A program made the position numbers and the translations under genes. Positions 18,547-28,889 of a stretch of DNA of 64,000 bases are shown here, piece by piece. The stretch covers positions 264,984 to 328,983 of the forward strand of contig JBPOGI010000007.1 of NCBI GenBank assembly GCA_051251855.1. Direction: 5' to 3'. The notes under the pieces were generated by a model, which worked only from the letters and a program-made list of their open reading frames with translations, searched no databases and had not been told where the DNA came from. Each line of letters starts with the position of its first letter. Position 1 is the stretch's first letter. Source of the stretch: Roseibacillus sp. (GTDB lineage: Bacteria; Verrucomicrobiota; Verrucomicrobiia; Verrucomicrobiales; Akkermansiaceae).

Positions 18547-21500
18547 ATGAAGCTCCCTACCCAAGGCACCCGTCCCCTTTTATTTCTGGCGGCTTCCATG
18601 TGCAGTCACGCAATCGTCATCATTGAAGACGACTTTGATTCAGAGACCTTGGGTAATACTACAGGAACGAACCAAACCATCGGCTCCACCCCGTTTCGAA
18701 CGCGAAACAGCCTCAATACCGAAGTAGTATCGCCCCATGCGGCGTTCACCTCTGCTTCCGGCAATGCTCTCCAGCTCAAGACCAGCTCAAGCACGGGGGG
18801 AGGGTATGGAGCCATCTCCCCTGCAGGAGGAGAAGTCACCCTTCCCGTCGCGCTGAGCAACGGAGACCTCCTCCGCGTTTCCTTTGACATGTATGTCCAA
18901 AACGTTCCGGCAAGCTCTTCCAATGTGGAGTTCCAGCTTCGTCCCAACGGAAACAACGATGGCGTGACCGAATACGATTTCGTCGACCTCCATGGAGCGA
19001 CTCCCGGCGACGTCATGACCGTCGTTGCCGATTTTGTGGTCGGTTCCTCCGGCAACCTCAGCACAAGCACCACCACCCTCAATACCTTTATTCACTTTGA
19101 CGGGGTCAACAACAACTTCGGCGAGGACGTGAACATCGCCCAGATCGACAACCTCAAGTTTGAAGTCTTTGATCCGACTTCCATCCCCACCGTTCTCACA
19201 AGCGATGATTTCAACTTTCGCAGCAACGGAAATATCTACCCCAACAATGGCAGCGCTAACCAAGGCGGAACAAACCAAGGGGACATCATTGTCAGACCCG
19301 GATTCAATCTCTCCACGGTCAGCTTATCTCCAGCGACAGACTTTCTTTTTCGTTGGACCGATCTCGATCTCGACGGGCTCGGTGGAAATAACGATTTTGT
19401 CGACTTCACGGTTCGCGCCACCTCTGGAACCAGCGATGATATTACTTTCGGTGGGGAAGGAATCGCCATTGATAACAATGGCTCAGGCGCTCTCGATCCT
19501 GGCGAAACCCTGACTTTCGAAATTGTCGACGTTCAACTCAGCGCGAATACCGCTGGCAGCGTGAACTTCGACGGCTTCATCGGAGCGGGCTTCTTTGCCA
19601 GCGGCAACAATGGCGGAGGAACCACCACCGGTGAAATCAGTTGTAGCCTGAACGGCAATCCCGCCACTGTGAATCTCAACGGAACCGGCTACACCAATGC
19701 AACAACCCACCTCACCTTCGGCTCCCCCGCCCTTTCTGCAGTGTTCAGCAACATCGTTCACACTCCCGGAACAATCAGCCCAAATGGCCGAGCGCGCGAC
19801 TTTGACCTGAAATTTACCTACACTCCGTCCGGCGGGGCTTTTACCGGGCTTCCTCCCCACGGCATCACGATGAGCCCCGATAACCAAGACCTCGATGCCA
19901 ATGGCTTACCCGATGTTTGGGAAGCACTTTACAGCGCCCAAGGGGTCGACCCCACTGGTGACTCCGATGGTGACGGCCTCACCAATGCTCAAGAATCCCT
20001 CGTCGGCACCGACCCCTTCGATCCCTACAGCACCTTTGCCTTCGAAATCGCCCCCATGGATGCCAACAACGTCACCCTCGCTTGGACCTACCTTCCCTCG
20101 CGCACAGGCAACCTGCAAAGCTCGACCGACCTGGGAGTTTCCGCTGCCTGGACCCCTCACTCGGGCTCCGCCACTCTTTCTAACGGAATGTGGCAGCTCG
20201 ACACTCCCACCAATTTAGACGCCAATTTCTTCCGCGTCGAAAGCTCAGCCGACGACGTCGATGGCGACGGCGTCCCCGACTGGCTGGAGCCACTCCTCGG
20301 ATTCTCCAATGCAGCCGGCGCTTCCCAGTCCGCCTACCAAGACCAATCCTACGACACCACTGGGGACGGCAATGCAGACACCTTTGTCTCCGGTGACCTC
20401 GCGGCCTTCAATGAAATCTATCGCACCCCCGAGACAGGCAAGAGCATGACCCGTGCTCAAGCTGCTCGCCTTCTCATCCAAACCACCTTCGGCCCCGCTT
20501 CGATGTCTCAAGTCGACTACGTCGCTTCCATCGGAGTGGAAGCTTGGCTTGATGAGCAAATTGCCCGAACAAGCACGCTCACTCAACCTTACATCAACGC
20601 TATCAAGGATGACCTCCAGGCAGCGCCCCAGTACGACTGGACCAGCAGCACCCTCTCCGGTTACCAAATTAATGGTGGCGGTGGCGGCAATCCCTACGTA
20701 GGCGGACCCAACTACCAAACCGCTTGGATGCGTTCCTCTTTGCAAGGAGAAGACCAACTTCGCCAACGGGTTGCCTTTGCTCTTTCCCAAATTCTCGTTG
20801 CCTCCAAGTTCGGAGCCAACCTGGGCAACCAGCCTCGCTCCATCGCCAACTACTACGACATGATGATTGAGGGCGCCTTCGGAAACTTCGAAGACCTTCT
20901 TCTCGATGTTTCCCTCCACCCCCTCATGGGCAACTACCTCAGCCACCTCGAGAACCAAGTGGCTGACCCCAGTATTGGCCGCTATCCCGATGAAAACTAC
21001 GCGCGCGAAATCATGCAGCTTTTCTCCATCGGCCTCTGGGAACTCAACCCCGATGGCACTCAAAAGCTCGATAGCAACGACGAGCCCATCCCGACCTACA
21101 ACAACACCGACATCACCAACCTCGCGGAAGTCTTCACCGGTGTCGGCTACGCCGCGAACAACTTCGGCGGAGGTTGGAGAGAGGACGGCGACAGTGCGAA
21201 TCAGTATATGACCACTCCCATGAAACTCTTTGCCTCTCATCACGACTGGACTGCAAAGAATATTCCTATCGGGGTCGATTCCAATGGCAACCGCCTCTAC
21301 CACACCATTCCCGCAAACCCTACCGGAGATGATGTCGACGCCCTTGCCGAAGTCGCCACCGTAGTGAACCAGCTCGTCAACCACCCGAACTGCGCCCCTT
21401 TCATCTGCCGCCAGCTCATCCAGTTCCTTGTCACCTCCAATCCCTCTCCCGATTACGTGCAGCGTGTCGCAAGCGTCTTCTCCAACAATGGCTCAGGCGT

Positions 21501-22125
21501 CACCGGAGACATGGAAGCAGTCATCAAAGCCCTCTACCTCGATGTCGAAGCTCGCAACCCGCTGAACCATCTCAAAACCGCCTACTTTGGCCACTTCCGC
21601 GAGCCCACGATTCGCACCGTCCATCTCGCGCGCATGCTGAAGCTGGACCAATACAACGAACTCCTTTGGTGGGACTGGGGTTACTACAATGACCAATCAC
21701 TCCAAGAGCCCATGGCTTCTCCCTCAGTCTTCAACTACTACCGCCCAGACTTCAGTCTCTTCGGCACCCTCGCTGAAAACGAACTCGATTCCCCTGCACT
21801 CGGCATCGTGAACTCCTACTCTTCCATTTCGTTTACCAACTACCTTTGGAAGATTTGCGACGAAGGCTTCGAGCAACACGGCAACGCCCACCAATTCTGG
21901 GACGACAAAAAGTTCCCCCCTGACTTCACCGAGTTAGAGACCCTCGCCAGCAACGTGCCCAACATTCTCGATCACCTGTCCATTCTCTTCTGCGGCGGCA
22001 CCCTCAGCGCCGAATCTCGCGCTATTATCACTCCCATTTTACAGTCGGAACCTGACCTCACAGACCGAGCCCGCCTCGCCGTCTTCCTTGTTTTGATCGC
22101 ACCCGAAGGATCCTGCCTCAAGTAA
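18547..22125 (+). CDS. DUF1800 family protein with large N-terminal exported domains
   Basis: Signal peptide from ATG 18547, beta-rich domains and DxDxDG repeats. C-terminal AARLLIQTTFGP, DQLRQRVAFALSQI, PDENYAREIMQLFSIGL, PSVFNYYRPD. Confidence 0.9.
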   Translation: MKLPTQGTRPLLFLAASMCSHAIVIIEDDFDSETLGNTTGTNQTIGSTPFRTRNSLNTEVVSPHAAFTSASGNALQLKTSSSTGGGYGAISPAGGEVTLPVALSNGDLLRVSFDMYVQNVPASSSNVEFQLRPNGNNDGVTEYDFVDLHGATPGDVMTVVADFVVGSSGNLSTSTTTLNTFIHFDGVNNNFGEDVNIAQIDNLKFEVFDPTSIPTVLTSDDFNFRSNGNIYPNNGSANQGGTNQGDIIVRPGFNLSTVSLSPATDFLFRWTDLDLDGLGGNNDFVDFTVRATSGTSDDITFGGEGIAIDNNGSGALDPGETLTFEIVDVQLSANTAGSVNFDGFIGAGFFASGNNGGGTTTGEISCSLNGNPATVNLNGTGYTNATTHLTFGSPALSAVFSNIVHTPGTISPNGRARDFDLKFTYTPSGGAFTGLPPHGITMSPDNQDLDANGLPDVWEALYSAQGVDPTGDSDGDGLTNAQESLVGTDPFDPYSTFAFEIAPMDANNVTLAWTYLPSRTGNLQSSTDLGVSAAWTPHSGSATLSNGMWQLDTPTNLDANFFRVESSADDVDGDGVPDWLEPLLGFSNAAGASQSAYQDQSYDTTGDGNADTFVSGDLAAFNEIYRTPETGKSMTRAQAARLLIQTTFGPASMSQVDYVASIGVEAWLDEQIARTSTLTQPYINAIKDDLQAAPQYDWTSSTLSGYQINGGGGGNPYVGGPNYQTAWMRSSLQGEDQLRQRVAFALSQILVASKFGANLGNQPRSIANYYDMMIEGAFGNFEDLLLDVSLHPLMGNYLSHLENQVADPSIGRYPDENYAREIMQLFSIGLWELNPDGTQKLDSNDEPIPTYNNTDITNLAEVFTGVGYAANNFGGGWREDGDSANQYMTTPMKLFASHHDWTAKNIPIGVDSNGNRLYHTIPANPTGDDVDALAEVATVVNQLVNHPNCAPFICRQLIQFLVTSNPSPDYVQRVASVFSNNGSGVTGDMEAVIKALYLDVEARNPLNHLKTAYFGHFREPTIRTVHLARMLKLDQYNELLWWDWGYYNDQSLQEPMASPSVFNYYRPDFSLFGTLAENELDSPALGIVNSYSSISFTNYLWKICDEGFEQHGNAHQFWDDKKFPPDFTELETLASNVPNILDHLSILFCGGTLSAESRAIITPILQSEPDLTDRARLAVFLVLIAPEGSCLK

Positions 22126-22147
22126 CCACTTTTCCCATCCAAATTCC

Positions 22148-23608
22148 ATGAGCTCAAATAAAAGCCGCCGCCAATTTCTGGGAGAAGCCTCTTGTGCCTC
22201 CATCGGCTGCATCTCAACCCTTTCCACCCTCCTCAATCTCAAGCTCGCCAATCAGGCAGCCGCCTCTGGCCTGACGCCTGGCGACGATTGTAAAACCCTC
22301 GTCTGCATCCTCATGGCTGGTGGCTGCGACACCTTCAATCTCCTCGTCCGCCGTGATTCTGGATACGCAGACTATGCCGCTTCCCGCACCGACATGGCAC
22401 TCGGCCACAACTCCGGAGGCGCGAGTGCCCTCGAAAACCTCAACCAAGCTGCCGGCAATGACGGCAATCAATACGGCATTCACCCCTCTTGTCCCGAACT
22501 CGCCGAGATGTTCAACGGCACCGGAGCCTTCTCAGGATACGGTCCCCGCCTCTCCTTTGTCGCGAATGTCGGAACCCTCATCCAGCCCCTGACCGTTTCG
22601 GAGTATAACAACCCCGCCAACAGCACCCCTGTTCCCAAGTCCCTCTTCTCTCACATTGACCAAATCAATCAGTGGCAAACCTCCCTCCCCCAAGGAGCCG
22701 CCGAACTCACTGGCTGGGCCGGAAGGATGGCCGACCTCATTCACTCCGATTACAATACCGAGGCCACTTCAATGTCGATCTCGCTGGCAGGAAACAACAT
22801 TTTCCAAATCGGAAAACAAACCCTCCAACTGGCCATTACCAGCAGCGGAGCCCTTCTTCCCACTGGAAATTCAGCCAGCCTCAACTCCACCACCGGCCGC
22901 AAAAATCTCGGCATCGATAGCCTCATCAGCTCGACCTACAACAACATGGTTCAGGACGCCTTCGCCGGCCACATGAAGTCCTCTTTCGACGCCCAAGAAG
23001 CCTTCAAGATCGTCTTCGATGCCGTCGACACCTCCGCTGTCCCTGCCGCCCTCGAAACCACCCTCAATAGCAGCAACGTCGGCAAACAGCTCTACGCCGC
23101 CGCCAAGACTATCAAAGCCCGCCAAGACCTAGGCCTGCGTCGCAACACCATCTTCATCCAACGCGGAGGCTGGGACCATCATGGCGAGCTTCTCAACACT
23201 CAAGCCGGCATGCTCGCCGAGCTCTCTGAGGCCATCGCCGCCTATCAACAAGTGCTCGAAATCCTCGGAGTTGCCAACGACGTCATCTCCTACACCGCCT
23301 CCGACTTTGGACGCACCCTACGCTCCAACGGACGAGGCACCGACCACGCCTGGGGAGGCAACCAAATGGTTTGGGGAGCCCCCATCGAAGCCGGAAAAGT
23401 GCACGGAACCTTCCCCGACCTCGCCCTGCAAGAGAACGGCGGCCTCGACGACATCGGCCTTGGAGGACGCATCCTCCCAACCACCTCAACAGATAAATTC
23501 TTTGGCGAAATGGCCACTTGGTTCGGAGTTGATTCTGCAGAAATGCCCGCAGTGCTTCCCAACCTCAGCAACTTCTCCACCGAACCCGACCTCAACTTCA
23601 TCTCGTGA
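22148..23608 (+). CDS. DUF1501 family protein, Tat-exported
   Basis: SRRQFL Tat motif, LVCILMAGGCD, LFSHIDQ, GGWDHH, SDFGRTLRSNGRGTDHAWG. Usual partner of DUF1800. Confidence 0.92.
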   Translation: MSSNKSRRQFLGEASCASIGCISTLSTLLNLKLANQAAASGLTPGDDCKTLVCILMAGGCDTFNLLVRRDSGYADYAASRTDMALGHNSGGASALENLNQAAGNDGNQYGIHPSCPELAEMFNGTGAFSGYGPRLSFVANVGTLIQPLTVSEYNNPANSTPVPKSLFSHIDQINQWQTSLPQGAAELTGWAGRMADLIHSDYNTEATSMSISLAGNNIFQIGKQTLQLAITSSGALLPTGNSASLNSTTGRKNLGIDSLISSTYNNMVQDAFAGHMKSSFDAQEAFKIVFDAVDTSAVPAALETTLNSSNVGKQLYAAAKTIKARQDLGLRRNTIFIQRGGWDHHGELLNTQAGMLAELSEAIAAYQQVLEILGVANDVISYTASDFGRTLRSNGRGTDHAWGGNQMVWGAPIEAGKVHGTFPDLALQENGGLDDIGLGGRILPTTSTDKFFGEMATWFGVDSAEMPAVLPNLSNFSTEPDLNFIS

Positions 23609-23763
23609 CTAAAGTTGATTGGCTAGTGCAGCGTTATTTTTGAAACGGTGCACTAGAGTCAGCCTCGCCCTCTCAGGCCTTCGGTTCAGGCCTCTGGATT
23701 CTCGAAGAACTGCACGACACCGCGTCACCTTGACTCTCGCAGGCCAAGTCCCGACCCTCAGCC

Positions 23764-24996
23764 ATGGCTCTCAATTTCATTTGGCTCGCCTTCTTCGTCA
23801 TCGCCTTCGTGGTCGCTCTCGCCAAAACCCTCTTCTGGGGTGACCTCACCGTCTTTCCCGCCATGATGGAAGCTCTCTTCGATATGGCTAAAATCGGAAC
23901 CACTCTTTCCCTCGGCTATATCGGCGGCATGGCCCTTTGGCTCGGTATCATGCGCATCGGAGAAAAATCAGGTGCAGTCAACATGCTCGCTCGCCTCATC
24001 AATCCTCTCTTTTCTCGTCTCTTTCCTGAAGTCCCCAAAGGCCATCCTGCTCAAGGTTCCATCATCATGAACTTTGCCGCCAACCTGTTAGGCCTCGACA
24101 ATGCCGCCACCCCTCTCGGCCTCAAGGCCATGAAGGATCTGCAAGACCTCAACCCTGTCAAAGACACCGCCTCCAACGCGCAGATCATGTTTCTCGTCCT
24201 CAACACCAGTGGACTCACCATCATTCCCGTCTCGGTGATGATTCTTCGCTCCGCAGCAGGCGCGGGCAATCCCGCCGACATCTTTGTCCCCATCCTCATC
24301 GCCACTTACTGCTCGTCCTTCGTCGGCCTCTTACTCGTGTCCATCCTGCAGCGAATCAACCTCATCCAAATCCCCGTCCTCCTCTGGCTCGGCGGCATGA
24401 CCACCTGCATTGCCGCTCTGGCCTCCTACTTTCAAAGCCTTGCTCAAAGCGACGTCGAAGCCCAATCCGCCCTCCTCGCCGCTCTCGTCATCTTTACCGT
24501 CGTCATCGGCTTCTTCATCTTGGGCGCGGTGCGTAAAGTGAATGTCTATGAAGAGTTCGTCGAAGGAGCCAAAGAAGGTTTCGGGGTCGCCGTCAAAATC
24601 ATCCCCTTCCTTGTCGCGATGCTCGTCGCAGTCGGCGTTTTCCGGGCCTCGGGCAGCTTTAACGCCATCACCGACACCGTTGGCAAAGGCGCTCAAGTGG
24701 TAGGCATGGATGACCGCTGGGTAGAGGCCCTCCCCACCGCCATGATGAAACCTCTCTCCGGCTCCGGCGCCCGCGGATTGGCCGCCGAGGCCATGGAAAC
24801 CCACGGCGTGGACAGCTTTGCAGGAAGGCTCGCCTGCACCTTCCAAGGCTCCACCGAAACCACCTTCTACGTCCTCGCGGTCTACTTTGGTTCCGTAGGT
24901 ATCCGAAAAACACGCTACGCCCTCATCGCGGGACTCTCGGCTGACTTTGCCGGGATCATTGCCGCCATATTCATTGCCTACGCCTTCTTTGGGTAA
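23764..24996 (+). CDS. Fused SpmA/SpmB (nucleoside recognition Gate domain) membrane protein
   Basis: ANLLGLDNAATPLGLKAM, KPLSGSGARG, GSTETTFYVLAVYFGSVGI. Confidence 0.9.
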   Translation: MALNFIWLAFFVIAFVVALAKTLFWGDLTVFPAMMEALFDMAKIGTTLSLGYIGGMALWLGIMRIGEKSGAVNMLARLINPLFSRLFPEVPKGHPAQGSIIMNFAANLLGLDNAATPLGLKAMKDLQDLNPVKDTASNAQIMFLVLNTSGLTIIPVSVMILRSAAGAGNPADIFVPILIATYCSSFVGLLLVSILQRINLIQIPVLLWLGGMTTCIAALASYFQSLAQSDVEAQSALLAALVIFTVVIGFFILGAVRKVNVYEEFVEGAKEGFGVAVKIIPFLVAMLVAVGVFRASGSFNAITDTVGKGAQVVGMDDRWVEALPTAMMKPLSGSGARGLAAEAMETHGVDSFAGRLACTFQGSTETTFYVLAVYFGSVGIRKTRYALIAGLSADFAGIIAAIFIAYAFFG

Positions 24997-25059
24997 TTGG
25001 GAGACAACTCAATTGTTCTTTCCTTCAATTCCAAGACAATTGAAGACATTACTTCTTTG

Positions 25060-27540
25060 ATGAAACGACTGTCGACCCTTGCCGTCTTCCTACTCTCCCT
25101 AGCTTTCTCTTGCCTGTGCTCCCAAGCTCGCGAGCGAGTAAGCTTCAACGAAGGGTGGCGCTTTCACAATGATAAGGCCGAAGGCGCTGAAGGCCTCGAG
25201 TTCGATGACTCCGGTTGGAGAGAACTCAATCTCCCCCACGACTGGGCCATCGAAGGCCCCTTCGACGTGAAATACAACGCCCGTAGCGGAGGCCTCCCCT
25301 TCCACGGCACTGGCTGGTATCGCAAATCCTTTACCGTCCCGGAATCCGCTCGAAACCAAGTCGTCACCCTCGAATTCGATGGAGCGATGTATAACGCGCA
25401 CGTCTGGATCAATGGCCACTTCCTCGGCAACCGCCCCTTTGGTTACATCGGTTTCCAATACGAGCTCTCCACCTATCTCAACTTCAAAGAAGAAAACGTC
25501 ATCGCCGTCCGACTCGAGCCCGAAGACCTTTCCTCACGTTGGTATCCCGGCGCCGGGCTCTACCGCAACACTTGGCTCGAATTCAAGAACCCCGTCCACA
25601 TCGACCATTGGGGCACTTTCGTGAGCACTCCAAGCATCTCGAAAGAAGTCGCCGAAGTCCGAGTCGCGAGCGAACTTCGCAACTCAAGCCCCGGCCGTCG
25701 CGACGTTCTGTTAGAAATCGAAATCCAAGACCCCTCTGGCAAGTCCGTGGCCAAGACCTCCCGCCAAGTTTCCCTCAATCCTAACTCTAACCTGACCATC
25801 ACCTCGTCCGTTGAGGTAGCCACCCCTCAACTCTGGGACATCGAAAGCCCCGTCCTCTACACCGCCCTCACTCGCGTCCTCTCTAACACCACCGAACTCG
25901 ACCTGACCAAAACTCCCTTCGGCATTCGCACCGTAGAATACATCGCCGGAGACGGCTTCCACCTCAATGGCCGTCGCGTCCAAATCAACGGCGTCTGCAT
26001 GCACCACGACCTCGGAGCCCTCGGTGCCGCGGTCCACCCGCGCGCTGTCGAACGCCAACTAGAAATCATGCAATCGATGGGTGTAAACTCCATCCGCACC
26101 GCTCACAATCCCCCTTCACCCGAAGTCCTGCAAGCCTGCGACCGCCTCGGCATCCTTGTTCAATGCGAAGCCTTCGATTGTTGGGAAATGCCCAAAATCC
26201 CGAACGGCTACAACAAGTTCTTCGCCGAATGGCACGAGCGCGACCTCCGCGACATGATTCGCGCCTACCGCAACCATCCCTCAGTCATCATGTGGTCCAT
26301 CGGCAACGAGATTTTGGAACAAGGGACCAAAGACGGCTGGAAACTCGCCCGTCACCTGCACCGCATTTGCAAAGACGAAGACCCCACTCGCCTCACCTCC
26401 GCCGGCTTCAACTACTATCCCGCCTCCGTCAAAAACGGTCTCGCTGCCGAAATCGATATCCCTGGATTCAACTACAAGCCCCTCGCTTACGCTGAAGTCG
26501 CCAAGGAATATCCCGACTGGCACATCCTCGCCTCCGAGACTTCCTCCTGCACCTCCACTCGTGGCGTCTATCACCTTCCTATCGAAAAATACAAAACCCA
26601 CCCTTCTCTCCACGTCACCTCCTACGATCTCATCGGCCCCTCTTGGGCTTACCCCCCTGACATCGAATTCCGCTTCCTTGCCGAAACTCCCCGCACCATG
26701 GGCGAATACATCTGGACCGGCTTCGACTACCTCGGCGAGCCCACTCCTTATGGCGGCCGCGACAACTCCACTAACGGATATTGGAATGACGACTGGCCCG
26801 CACGCTCCTCCTCTTTTGGGGCTGTTGACTTGTGTGGCTTCCCCAAAGACCGCTACTTCCTCTATCAGTCCCAATGGACAAAGGTAGAAGACAAGCCCAT
26901 GGTGCATCTTCTTCCTCATTGGAATTGGGAAGGTAAGGAAGGCGTCTCCATTCCTGTCTTCGTCTACACCAACGCCTCGGAAGCCGAGCTTTTCCTCAAC
27001 GGCAAATCCTTAGGCCGTAAAAAGAAGGGCGTTGATACGCCCGCCATCAAAGTAGCGTTCAACAAGTGGGAAGAGGGCGATTACAACACCCCCTACCGTC
27101 TCGGCTGGGAAGTCCCTTATGCTGCTGGCGAGCTGAAGGTCGTCGCTTACCACAATGGAAAGATAGTTGCCGAAAAGGCCCACCGAACCGCAGGCCCTCC
27201 CCACTCCATCAAGCTCACTCCCGACCGCACGGCAATCGGCGACGACGGCACCGACCTCAGCTTTGTTACCGTCACTATTCACGACAAGGACGGCAACTTC
27301 TGCCCCCTCGCCAATGTCCAAGTCGATTTTGCAATCGAAGGTGAAGGCGAAATTATTGCCGTCGACAACGGAAACTCGGCCTCGGTGGAACCCTTCCAAG
27401 CAATGACCCGCAAAACCTTCAACGGCATGGCTCTCGCCGTCGTTCGCAGGGAAAAAGGCTCCAAGAAATGGATTCACCTCGCCGCCAGCTCACCGGGTCT
27501 TGAAGTCGCCAACAAGACCATCACTTATCTCAAAAAGTAG
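25060..27540 (+). CDS. Glycoside hydrolase family 2 (beta-galactosidase-like), exported
   Basis: LPHDWAI, GVCMHHDLG, NSIRTAHNP, NHPSVIMWSIGNE, WTGFDYLGEP. Signal peptide from ATG 25060. Confidence 0.94.
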   Translation: MKRLSTLAVFLLSLAFSCLCSQARERVSFNEGWRFHNDKAEGAEGLEFDDSGWRELNLPHDWAIEGPFDVKYNARSGGLPFHGTGWYRKSFTVPESARNQVVTLEFDGAMYNAHVWINGHFLGNRPFGYIGFQYELSTYLNFKEENVIAVRLEPEDLSSRWYPGAGLYRNTWLEFKNPVHIDHWGTFVSTPSISKEVAEVRVASELRNSSPGRRDVLLEIEIQDPSGKSVAKTSRQVSLNPNSNLTITSSVEVATPQLWDIESPVLYTALTRVLSNTTELDLTKTPFGIRTVEYIAGDGFHLNGRRVQINGVCMHHDLGALGAAVHPRAVERQLEIMQSMGVNSIRTAHNPPSPEVLQACDRLGILVQCEAFDCWEMPKIPNGYNKFFAEWHERDLRDMIRAYRNHPSVIMWSIGNEILEQGTKDGWKLARHLHRICKDEDPTRLTSAGFNYYPASVKNGLAAEIDIPGFNYKPLAYAEVAKEYPDWHILASETSSCTSTRGVYHLPIEKYKTHPSLHVTSYDLIGPSWAYPPDIEFRFLAETPRTMGEYIWTGFDYLGEPTPYGGRDNSTNGYWNDDWPARSSSFGAVDLCGFPKDRYFLYQSQWTKVEDKPMVHLLPHWNWEGKEGVSIPVFVYTNASEAELFLNGKSLGRKKKGVDTPAIKVAFNKWEEGDYNTPYRLGWEVPYAAGELKVVAYHNGKIVAEKAHRTAGPPHSIKLTPDRTAIGDDGTDLSFVTVTIHDKDGNFCPLANVQVDFAIEGEGEIIAVDNGNSASVEPFQAMTRKTFNGMALAVVRREKGSKKWIHLAASSPGLEVANKTITYLKK

Positions 27541-27607
27541 CGAGCTCTCGGAGCCGAATAGCTCGGTTTTCTCACGGAACACGAGAAATTCGCCCGCAGG
27601 GCCGACT

Positions 27608-27856
27608 GTGTCGGGGCTAGGCCCCGATAGGCACTGAGACAGGCTGTCTAACAAGTCATTAGGTTCTACCTCTCTCAGTGCCGTATCGGTCGAAATATTG
27701 CGACAGCAATCGGGAGAGTGGTCTTTGAAAGCCGCTACCTTAAACTTTGGTCAGGTGAGGGTAGGCCTGCTGACCTTCGAATCCTTGAATCAGTAGCCTT
27801 TGAACTAGCCTTCCGAATCGCGATCAACCCCAGCGGCTTACAAAGCCGCTCTCCCG
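27608..27856. repeat. Two adjacent REPIN-like inverted-repeat doublets between convergent genes
   Basis: CCGATAGGCACTGAGA (27624-27639) pairs with TCTCAGTGCCGTATCGG (27673-27689). CGGGAGAGTGGTCTTTGAAAGCCGCT (27711-27736) pairs with AGCGGCTTACAAAGCCGCTCTCCCG (27832-27856). Confidence 0.7.
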
Positions 27857-27929
27857 AGCCTGCGGCCCTCACCTTCGATACAAACTCGCGTTTCGGACCA
27901 GTAACTGTCCTAAGCTCGTGCCATTCAGG

Positions 27930-28889
27930 CTAGGTTCCACGTTCCTTATTATAAGCCGCAATAATTCGGCCCACAACCTCGTGCCGCACCACATCCTCAG
28001 CCTGCAAAGTCACAAGGGAGATTCCCTCAACATTAGCTAAAGCTCGCTCCGCTTCCGCCAGCCCGGACTGCTGCCCATCTTTGAGGTCCACTTGACTGCC
28101 ATCCCCCGTCACCGCGCACCGAGAGCCTTCTCCAATACGCGTCAGAAACATAAACATCTGCTCCGGGGTAGTATTCTGAGCTTCATCCAAAATCACAAAG
28201 CTTCGCGCCAGCGTACGACCACGCATGTAGGCCAAGGGAGCAATCTCAATAGTGCCGTCATCGAGATACTTCTGCCCCTCCTCAGGACCCAGCATGTCGT
28301 GTAAAGCATCGTAAAGAGGACGTAAATAGGGAGCTACTTTCTCCTGCATATCACCCGGCAAAAAACCCAAGGCTTCACCCGCCTCCACTGCCGGACGCGT
28401 CAGAACAACCCGATGAACTATTTTATCTTTTAGAAGCGCCAAAGCCATTGCCATCGCCAAATAGGTCTTCCCTGTTCCTGCTGGTCCTAGGCCGAAAGTA
28501 ACATCGTGATTCTGCATTGCCGAAATATAGGCCGCTTGTCCCGGCGACTTCGGCACCACTGCCTTACCACCCCGTGCACCCAGCAACTTAATCTGAACCA
28601 TCTTGGTCACGCTCTGCTCGGACTCACGCAACACCAAATCCACTGCCAACTTAAAGTCACGCCCAGTAAGTAAAGCCCCTCCCCGACGTGCCTCTTCCAA
28701 ATCACTGAAAACCTTTTCCGCTTGAGAAAGATTCTCTTTCTCTCCCTCCATCAAAATCCACCCATCTCTCGTGACCACCTTTTCAAGCGAAAGCTTGTCC
28801 TCCAAGTAGGATAAAGCCCTTTCATCCCCACCTAACAGAGAATGGAGAAAGACACCGGATTCAAAATCCAATTTTAAAGATTCACTCAT
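27930..28889 (-). CDS. phoH: PhoH family protein (PhoH/YbeZ)
   Basis: GPAGTGKT, RPAVEAGEALGFLPGD, AYMRGRTL, DEAQN. ATG 28889. Confidence 0.95.
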   Translation of the reverse strand: MSESLKLDFESGVFLHSLLGGDERALSYLEDKLSLEKVVTRDGWILMEGEKENLSQAEKVFSDLEEARRGGALLTGRDFKLAVDLVLRESEQSVTKMVQIKLLGARGGKAVVPKSPGQAAYISAMQNHDVTFGLGPAGTGKTYLAMAMALALLKDKIVHRVVLTRPAVEAGEALGFLPGDMQEKVAPYLRPLYDALHDMLGPEEGQKYLDDGTIEIAPLAYMRGRTLARSFVILDEAQNTTPEQMFMFLTRIGEGSRCAVTGDGSQVDLKDGQQSGLAEAERALANVEGISLVTLQAEDVVRHEVVGRIIAAYNKERGT

